This document shows, in pieces, positions 20,256-26,997 of a stretch of DNA of 64,000 nucleotides. The stretch is from positions 9,719-73,718 of the forward strand of contig DAOUBH010000019.1 of the NCBI GenBank assembly GCA_034432775.1, given 5' to 3'. The notes below the pieces were generated by a model, which worked only from the letters and a program-made list of their open reading frames with translations, made no database searches and was not told the origin of the DNA. This DNA comes from Chloroflexota bacterium. Lineage in GTDB: Bacteria > Chloroflexota > Chloroflexia > DAOUBH01. The stretch's first letter is position 1; every line of letters begins with the position of its first letter. Both the position numbers and the translations under genes were made by a program.

Positions 20256-20687
20256 CTACCGGCGAAGGTTAACACGCTCCTCTCCAAAGTGTTCCTTTAG
20301 CCACCTGAGGCCATCCTCAAAGGTACTGCCCGTAGGGAACACCTCGGCCACACCCATCTCTTTGAGCTTAGGAACGTCTTCCAAAGGTATGGTGCCGCCC
20401 ACCAAAACCACCTTGTCGCCTATGCCCTCCTCCCTCATCCTCTGAAGGATGCGCCTCGTGTAGCCTAAGTGGGCCCCCGAAAGTATGTTGAGGACCACCA
20501 CGTCGACGTCCTCTTGCAGGGCTGCGTTGACTATCTGATCCACGGTCTGGTGGAGCCCTGTATAGATGGCCTCCATGCCATGGTCCTTAAAGTACTTGAC
20601 CAGCAGCTTAGCGCTTACATCGTGGCCGTCCAAACCCGGCTTGGCGACCAGTATCCTGAGGGGACGTCTCTCGACCATGCCCATCAC
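20256..20687 (-). CDS. Cobalamin-binding small subunit of an acyl-CoA mutase
   Basis: KPGLDGHD (DxHxxG-type base-off/His-on motif), YTGLHQT, GGTIP. Confidence 0.92.
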   Translation of the reverse strand: MMGMVERRPLRILVAKPGLDGHDVSAKLLVKYFKDHGMEAIYTGLHQTVDQIVNAALQEDVDVVVLNILSGAHLGYTRRILQRMREEGIGDKVVLVGGTIPLEDVPKLKEMGVAEVFPTGSTFEDGLRWLKEHFGEERVNLRR

Positions 20688-22355
20688 CTAAAATATGTTC
20701 ATAGGCTCTCGAAACTCGCCGAAGACATCCCGAAGCACAGCCGTCATCTCGCCGACTGTGCAGTAAGCCTTCACAGCCTCCAAGGTGGCGGGCATTATGT
20801 TCTCGCCGCTCTCGGCAGCCCTCCGCAGCTCCCGAAGGGCTCGGTCTACAGCAGCCTGGCTGCGCATCTCTTTGACCTTACGCAGGGACTCCAATTGTTC
20901 CTCGATGACCCGCTCATCCCGCTTCATGAGCTTCATGGGAGGCTGCTCGTTTTCCTTAACGAAGATGTTCTCCCCCACCACCAGCTGCTCCTTGGTCTCG
21001 TAAATTGCCTTGTACCGCTTGTAACTTTCCTCTAGCACGATCCGCTGTACGTAGCCGTCCTCTATGGATTTGATGATGCCGCCCCGGTCCCAGATGTGCT
21101 GCATGAACTTCTCGATCTCTTCCTGCATGCGGTTGGTCAAGCTCTCGACGAAGTAGGAACCGGCCAAGGGATCTACGGTGTTGGCTACCCCCGACTCGTA
21201 AGCTATGATCTGTTGAGTCCGCAGGGCAATTTCTTGGGCCTCGGGTGTAGGTATAGCGTAGGCCTCGTCCTTAGTGTTGACGGTGAGGGCCTGCACTCCC
21301 CCCAGCACAGTGGCCAAGGCCTCGATGGTGCCCCGGATAATGTTGTTGTCGGGTTGGTGGTAGGTGAAGGTCCCGCCTGGGGTCCCAGCGAACCATCGCC
21401 ACATCCAGGAGGTGGGTTTCTTGGCACCATAGCGGTATCGGATGAGCTTTGCCCAGATACGCCTAGCAGCTCGGAACTTCGCTACCTCTTCGAAAAGATC
21501 CATGTAAGAGGCCATATTGAATGTAACCCTGTGGACGAAGGAATCGATGTCCAACCCTCTGGACAAAGCATTCTCGATGTAGGCACAGGCATTCAGGAAA
21601 CAGAGCCCTACCTCCTGGACGGCATTGGCCCCACTCTCCCTGATATGGTAGCCACAGACACTCACAGGATTGAAGCGAGGCATGTACTTGGAGCAGAACT
21701 CGAACATGTCGCCGATGAGGCGCATGGAATGCTCGAGAGGAAATATCCAGGCACCACGGCCAATGTACTCCTTCAAGATATCGTTCTGTACGGTGCCGGC
21801 TACCCTCTCCATGGGAACACCTTGCTTCTCAGCAACAGCCACGTACATGGCCGTGATGATGGGAGTAATAGCGTTAATGGTGAAGCTAGTGCTCAGTCGA
21901 TCCAGAGGCAGCCCATCGAAGAGGATCTCGAAGTCCAGCAGGCTATCGATGGCCACACCTACGGTGCCCACCTCGTCCTGAAATTCCTCATGGTCGGAGT
22001 CGTAGCCCATCTGAGTGGGTAGATCAAAGGCGCATGACAATCCGGTCTGGCCCTCTTCCAGGAGCCACTTCCAAAGCTGATTGGTGTAGCGAGGTGTGCC
22101 AAAGCCGGAGTACTGGCGCATGGTCCACAGCTTCTTGCGGTACATAGTGGGGTATATGCCTCGGGTGAAGGGGTACTCGCCCGGAAGCCCCATATCCCGC
22201 ATGTAATCCATGCCCTCTACATCTTTGGGTGTGTAGAGAGGTTTGATCTCGATGCCCGATGACGTGTAGACCTTGGGCAGTTCACCGATTTGGTTCTCTT
22301 TCTCCCACCGCTCCAGCTCCTCGTCTAGTGGTCCCACTCCTACCTCGATAGCCAT
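20688..22355 (-). CDS. B12-dependent acyl-CoA mutase large subunit (methylmalonyl-CoA mutase family, divergent barrel residues)
   Basis: PGEYPFTRG, WTMRQYSGF, FDLPTQ, QNDILKE, GYHIRE, ALRTQQI. The usual RFHTQTAG reads RWFAGTPG. Confidence 0.9.
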   Translation of the reverse strand: MAIEVGVGPLDEELERWEKENQIGELPKVYTSSGIEIKPLYTPKDVEGMDYMRDMGLPGEYPFTRGIYPTMYRKKLWTMRQYSGFGTPRYTNQLWKWLLEEGQTGLSCAFDLPTQMGYDSDHEEFQDEVGTVGVAIDSLLDFEILFDGLPLDRLSTSFTINAITPIITAMYVAVAEKQGVPMERVAGTVQNDILKEYIGRGAWIFPLEHSMRLIGDMFEFCSKYMPRFNPVSVCGYHIRESGANAVQEVGLCFLNACAYIENALSRGLDIDSFVHRVTFNMASYMDLFEEVAKFRAARRIWAKLIRYRYGAKKPTSWMWRWFAGTPGGTFTYHQPDNNIIRGTIEALATVLGGVQALTVNTKDEAYAIPTPEAQEIALRTQQIIAYESGVANTVDPLAGSYFVESLTNRMQEEIEKFMQHIWDRGGIIKSIEDGYVQRIVLEESYKRYKAIYETKEQLVVGENIFVKENEQPPMKLMKRDERVIEEQLESLRKVKEMRSQAAVDRALRELRRAAESGENIMPATLEAVKAYCTVGEMTAVLRDVFGEFREPMNIF

Positions 22356-22366
22356 TTGACACCTCC

Positions 22367-23158
22367 CTATAAGTCAGCCCTGAGTGAACCTTCTGGATCG
22401 ACACGAAGCCTGAGCACTTCCAATTCCTCTGCAGTAGGCTCTGGCATGGGATCTATATGATCAGGGACTACCAGCTCAAACCCCGTGTTCTTGACGACGG
22501 TATCAACGTCGACGCCCGGAAAGAGGTGCTTTATGCGCATAGCTTTACTTTCCTCTTCGAAGTCGAAGATGCCCAAGGGTGTCAGCACGTACTCGGGCCC
22601 TCCTCCGGGCAGACCGAGCTTCATGCGCGCATCGGCTCCGCCCGCACCCCAGCCTACAGCAGAAACGTAGTCACACCGCTGCACAAAGACCCTGGGCGAG
22701 TGGCTGTTTGTGTAAATGAAGAACCGTTTGACCATGGACATAACTGTGGATGTACCCACACTGCCTGGACCCCGGAACTTAAGTCGCCGCGGATCGGAAC
22801 CTACGCCGATGAGGTTGCAGTTGCCGAAGCGATCTATCTGTATCCCACCTGCAAAGCACAGGTCCATACGCCTGATGGCGTTGGTGAGCAACTCAAGGGG
22901 CATTATGGCCTCAGCCCACTTCGCCATACGTGGGTCAACGATATGGGCAAGACTCCCCACTTTCTGGACATGGGCCAGATTGGTGAAGTAGGAGAGCACG
23001 TTCAACCTCAGATCCGGAGCGTGGGTAAGATGGGCTAGAAAGACCCCCGCAGTAGGCACCGGAAGGTTCGTACCCACCGAAACATAATCCCCGTTCTTTA
23101 TCTGCCTCGCAATAAATATGGCTATCAGCTCCTTGGCCGATACTTGAGCATGCCCCAT
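22367..23158 (-). CDS. Class I CoA-transferase-like beta subunit (GctB/IpdB/AibB fold) lacking the catalytic Glu
   Basis: VGTNLP, QIDRFGNCN, GSVG, LTPLGIFDF, NTGFEL, VDP. APDLRLNVLS sits where GctB has APDCHIIVES. Confidence 0.85.
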   Translation of the reverse strand: MGHAQVSAKELIAIFIARQIKNGDYVSVGTNLPVPTAGVFLAHLTHAPDLRLNVLSYFTNLAHVQKVGSLAHIVDPRMAKWAEAIMPLELLTNAIRRMDLCFAGGIQIDRFGNCNLIGVGSDPRRLKFRGPGSVGTSTVMSMVKRFFIYTNSHSPRVFVQRCDYVSAVGWGAGGADARMKLGLPGGGPEYVLTPLGIFDFEEESKAMRIKHLFPGVDVDTVVKNTGFELVVPDHIDPMPEPTAEELEVLRLRVDPEGSLRADL

Positions 23159-23160
23159 TC

Positions 23161-24057
23161 CTATTCCACCGTCAGCGCTATGATGCGGTCCATGCCGACC
23201 CGTTCCAGATACTCCCCATGGCTGCGAGGCCCCAAAATGTAGGTCTCCAGGTACTCTCGGAAGGGACCATCGTCGCCCTCCAGAGCCGCCTTTGCCACAG
23301 CCACATATCGGCGCAGATGCTCCTCATCCAACTTGTAGAACCCCTCGAAGGAGAGCGGATGGGCACCGAAGGGAGCAAGCACCACCATGTCTACGAACTC
23401 GCAAGGAACCGTTGTCTCTGTAGGGGCGCGGCGTATTACCTCGTTGGGAACTATGCGCTCAACTTCCACAACCACCTTGTCGGCAGCCTGGGCCAGAAGG
23501 ATATCAGCAAATTGGGCCCCCAAGTGCTGCACATTCCCGTAGATATCGGCCTGCGCCGCATGGAGAAAGACCACATCCAGATGGATCGGAGGTGCCGCTA
23601 CAAGGGGCGGCCCTCCGAAGGGGTCCTCCACCCACTTAAGGCGAGGATTCAAATCGGGGATCGAAGTGCCCACTGGTCCCCGAACAGGCAGGAAGGGCAG
23701 TTCCTGGATCTTGGCCTTCAGTTGGGCAAGGACAAGCCCTAGGTCTACCTCCAGAACTTCGATGGCGCCTTCGGAAGCACGCCTACCGAAGAAGGGTCCT
23801 ATGGGCGCCACGGACTCCAGACCAACATAGGGGGTAGAAACGGTCTTGACGACCCCCAACCCTATCAGAAGGTCGACATCGTAGCTGGAAGGCGGCGCAA
23901 AGACGGTCAGATCCTTTACACCGCGCCTGGCCAGAGCGCGCAGCAATGCCATGGGCTTCGCCGCGGTGATGAAGCCGCCTATCCCTATGGTGTCTCCGTC
24001 CCTTACAAGGCTTACGGCTTCCTCGAAAGTAGCGACAACCGGCGTCCTTTCAGCTAT
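23161..24057 (-). CDS. Class I CoA-transferase-like alpha subunit (GctA fold); probable ATA start
   Basis: TFEEAVSLVRDGDTIGIGGF...KPMALLRAL lies in frame upstream of the first ATG (23952). LPFLPVRG, HAAQADIYGN and PFGAHP are present. GGAGG sits 6 nt before ATA at 24057. Confidence 0.85.
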   Translation of the reverse strand: MAERTPVVATFEEAVSLVRDGDTIGIGGFITAAKPMALLRALARRGVKDLTVFAPPSSYDVDLLIGLGVVKTVSTPYVGLESVAPIGPFFGRRASEGAIEVLEVDLGLVLAQLKAKIQELPFLPVRGPVGTSIPDLNPRLKWVEDPFGGPPLVAAPPIHLDVVFLHAAQADIYGNVQHLGAQFADILLAQAADKVVVEVERIVPNEVIRRAPTETTVPCEFVDMVVLAPFGAHPLSFEGFYKLDEEHLRRYVAVAKAALEGDDGPFREYLETYILGPRSHGEYLERVGMDRIIALTVE

Positions 24058-24068
24058 GGTGCCCCTCC

Positions 24069-24938
24069 CTACGAACCCTTTGTGTAATCGTAGAAGCCTC
24101 TCCGGGTCTTCCTCCCCAGCCTGCCAGAACGAACCATCTGAGTAAGAAGGTAACTCGGCCTGTATTTGGGATCACCGAATTCTTGCATCATGTAGGTCAT
24201 GTTTTCCCAAACGATGCCCACGCCGTTGGTGTAGTCGGCAAGCTCCAACGGACCCATGGGATGCCCGAGGCCCAGTTTGATGGCCTTGTCGATATCCTCG
24301 GCACTTGCTATGCCCTCGGCCAGCATGCAAGCAGCCTCGTTTATGATCACCGATACCATGCGGCTGGTTATAAAACCCGGCGTGTCTTTTATGACCACCG
24401 TCTCCTTGCCCAGCCGTGCGGACAACGCCTTGATGGTCTCTACTGTGTCTTCGTCGGTCTGAGCACCCCGCACGATCTCAACTAGCCGCATTACGGCTAC
24501 AGGGTTGAAGAAGTGCATCCCGATAACCTTGTGGGGACGGCGGGTGGCCGAAGAAATGTCAGTTATGCTCAGGGCCGACGTGTTGCTAGCCAAAATGGTG
24601 TCTGGACGGGTCAGCCGATCTAGGTCGGCGAAGAGAACTTTCTTCAAATCCATTTTCTCAGGTATGGACTCTATCACGAGATCCACATCGCCCACAGCCT
24701 CTTCTAGGGACAGGTAACCACGGAGTCGCCCCATGACCTGGACCGCCTCCTCGGCAGTCATCTTGCCCTTCTCCACGAAAAACTTGCTGAGGTTGTCGGA
24801 TATCCCCTTCAAAGCCCTGTCCAGCAGCACCTGATCGACATCCCTCAGGCTGACCGTAAGGCCTGCCATAGCCATGACTTGGGCGATCTGGCTGCCCATA
24901 ACGCCGGCGCCGACTACGGCAACTCTATTGACTTGCAT
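24069..24938 (-). CDS. 3-hydroxyacyl-CoA dehydrogenase (second paralog)
   Basis: GAGVMGSQIA, ESIPE, SNTS, GMHFFNP, HPMGP, GRKTRRGFY. Confidence 0.95.
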   Translation of the reverse strand: MQVNRVAVVGAGVMGSQIAQVMAMAGLTVSLRDVDQVLLDRALKGISDNLSKFFVEKGKMTAEEAVQVMGRLRGYLSLEEAVGDVDLVIESIPEKMDLKKVLFADLDRLTRPDTILASNTSALSITDISSATRRPHKVIGMHFFNPVAVMRLVEIVRGAQTDEDTVETIKALSARLGKETVVIKDTPGFITSRMVSVIINEAACMLAEGIASAEDIDKAIKLGLGHPMGPLELADYTNGVGIVWENMTYMMQEFGDPKYRPSYLLTQMVRSGRLGRKTRRGFYDYTKGS

Positions 24939-25587
24939 GCTTTACCTCCGGAAGGGTTTCGTGACTGAGGAGAGATCGCAGTACCATGGCCTGACATGTG
25001 GCATAGAGGTCGTCCAAGGCAACTAGGTGGCTCCGTGCCTTCCCAGACTCCGCCATCAGGATTACACCTGTCCACATACCCCAAATGGTATTGGTGACTC
25101 TCCAGCTATCGTCGAGGCGAAAGAGTCCCTGCTGCGCACCGTCCCTCAGAATGCCATCCAGGATGCCGAGACAGATGTTGGCCTTTCCGACAATTACTTC
25201 GTAGAGATGCCGCGGAACCCTTACCAGCTGGCTTCCTTGATGGATGAGAAACATGACATCGAAGTAGGCCCTGTGGTCCTTATAGAAGGTGAGGTACGCT
25301 TCCCCCAGGGCTAGCAGCCGCTCCGTGGGAGAACCCTTCATGCTCCCTACTGGACCCCAATATTGATCGTAGAGGACGTCCAAACCCTCCGCCAATACCC
25401 AGCCATACAGCTCCTCTTTGCTTTGAAAGTGCAGGTATATGGCACCCTTGCTGATGTCTGCTTGGTCAGCTATGTCCTCCATAGTAGCAGCCATAAAGCC
25501 CCTCGAGAAGAAAACATCCCTCGCGGCTGCTAGGATGTCCGCCCGCCGTGCCTGCCGCTCCTTAAGCCTGCGGTCGCCCCCGGCCAA
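24925..25587 (-). CDS. TetR/AcrR family transcriptional regulator
   Basis: TTG start; HTH ATMEDIADQADISKGAIYLHFQSKEEL. Confidence 0.92.
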   Translation of the reverse strand: MAGGDRRLKERQARRADILAAARDVFFSRGFMAATMEDIADQADISKGAIYLHFQSKEELYGWVLAEGLDVLYDQYWGPVGSMKGSPTERLLALGEAYLTFYKDHRAYFDVMFLIHQGSQLVRVPRHLYEVIVGKANICLGILDGILRDGAQQGLFRLDDSWRVTNTIWGMWTGVILMAESGKARSHLVALDDLYATCQAMVLRSLLSHETLPEVKHASQ

Positions 25588-25604
25588 ATTCTATTGCTCC
25601 GTAG

Positions 25605-25648
25605 TGACTGATAGTCAGATTCTAACCGTCGGTCAGAACGCCTGTCAA
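25605..25648 (-). promoter_or_regulatory. Sigma70 promoter (TTGACA-18-TAGAAT) with two overlapping TGAC-N5-GTCA-type operators
   Basis: -35 at 25648-25643 and -10 at 25624-25619. Palindrome TGACTGATAGTCA at 25605-25617 and near-palindrome TAACCGTCGGTCA at 25623-25635. Confidence 0.7.
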
Positions 25649-25864
25649 TAGGTACGAAGAAAAATTCTGTCGATATATCTACGACCGTTATTGTTACGCA
25701 TTAAGTGGCCCATGTCAAGGGATGTTGTCCACGGGGCGAGACGTCGTATGGAGAGAGATCCCATGGCTGTGGTCCGCGAAAGGAAAGTCGGACCCGAGGG
25801 CCAACGTCCTAGTCTATAATTAGAGAATATAATATCCATAAGACACACTCGAGGAGATCAGGCC

Positions 25865-26920
25865 TTGGACGAACGGGAAGCCATCAGACTTACCGAACTG
25901 GCCTCCTGCGCCGGTTGAGCTGCTAAGATAGGTCCTTCGGACCTGGCGCAGGTTCTGCGCCCTCTGCGCAAGTTCACACACCCGGATCTGTTGGTGGGCC
26001 TCCAGTGGGGTGACGATGCCGCCGTATACCGGCTGGACTCCGATAGGGCCCTCATTGCCACTGTCGACTTCTTCCCGCCCATTGTCGACGCCCCCTACAC
26101 CTACGGTGCTATAGCTGCTGCCAACTCCCTCAGCGACATATTTGCCATGGGCGGTGAAGTGTTACTGGCCCTGAACGTCGTGGCCTTTCCCGACACCCTT
26201 TCGAGGTCAATCCTCAGCGAAATCCTTCAAGGTGGCGCCGACAAGGTCGCCGAAGCGGGAGGAATTATCGCTGGAGGACACACTGTGACCGACAGGGAAC
26301 CAAAGTATGGCCTGTGTGCTATCGGTCTAGTCCACCCTGACAAAACAATGACCAAAGCCGCAGCAAGGCCCGGCGATCTGTTGGTCCTGACCAAGCCCTT
26401 GGGGACAGGGGCTATTACCACTGCCCTGAAGGCTAAAGTCGTCGACTCCGAGCACCTGAGGGGCGCCGTGCATTCCATGCTGACCCTCAACCGAAGGCCA
26501 TCGCAGATTTTCGTATCCTTGGGAGTACGAGCCTGTACCGACGTCACAGGCTATGGCCTCTTGGGCCACGCCCTGGAGATGGCTGATGCTTCCGGCGTCA
26601 GTATAGAGATCGATGTGGAAAAGGTGCCCTTACTGCAAGGCGCCTACGAGTATGCCCAGCGGGGCATCCTGCCTGGTGGTGCCTGGCGAAACCGCGATCA
26701 TCTCCTTCCCCCAGACGGAGAGCCCAGAGTGTACTATCCGCCTGGCATCCCAGAGCCGATCTTACACTTGCTTTACGACCCAGAGACTTCGGGGGGGTTG
26801 CTCGCAGCCGTGCCGCTGTCCCGCATCGAGGCTCTGGAAGACCAGTTTGAGGCGTCTAACCTTCCCCTTTGGATAGTGGGAAGAGTCAGAGAGGGCCGCG
26901 ATATCGTCCTGAAACTCTGA
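25865..26920 (+). CDS. selD: Selenide, water dikinase (selenophosphate synthetase), selenoprotein with Sec at codon 18
   Basis: TTG at 25865 after a GAGGAG SD gives MDEREAIRLTELASCAG-U-AAKIGP, with in-frame TGA at 25916-25918, continuous with the 25991 ORF (DDAAVY, TVDFF, NSLSD, GGHT, DVTGYGL, DPETSGGLL). Confidence 0.93.
25920..25951 (+). promoter_or_regulatory. Candidate bacterial SECIS element of selD
   Basis: Stem AGGTCC-ttc-GGACCT begins 11 nt after the UGA, with a lower CTGC/GCAG helix. Confidence 0.6.
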
Positions 26921-26933
26921 CCCCTTAGAGATA

Positions 26934-26961
26934 GGCGGGAGAACGCCGTTGTCCTCCCGCC
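26934..26961. terminator. Hairpin between convergent selD and Mo-hydroxylase genes (possible terminator)
   Basis: GGCGGGAG...CTCCCGCC 8-bp stem; no clear U-tract. Confidence 0.4.
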
Positions 26962-26997
26962 GTCGAAGAATGAGGTAGAAGCGAAAAGTGGAGGGCC

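Noticed and set aside
21096-22022. Long plus-strand ORFs antisense to real genes (also 10111-10881, 15727-16512, 27361-28062, 29762-30748, 51862-52794, 62780-63463)
   Set aside because: They are shadow frames of well-supported opposite-strand genes in GC-rich DNA and have no recognisable motifs.
25645-25860. 67-aa minus-strand ORF and short plus-strand frames between tetR and selD
   Set aside because: The region is explained by divergent promoters, and the frames lack coding features.
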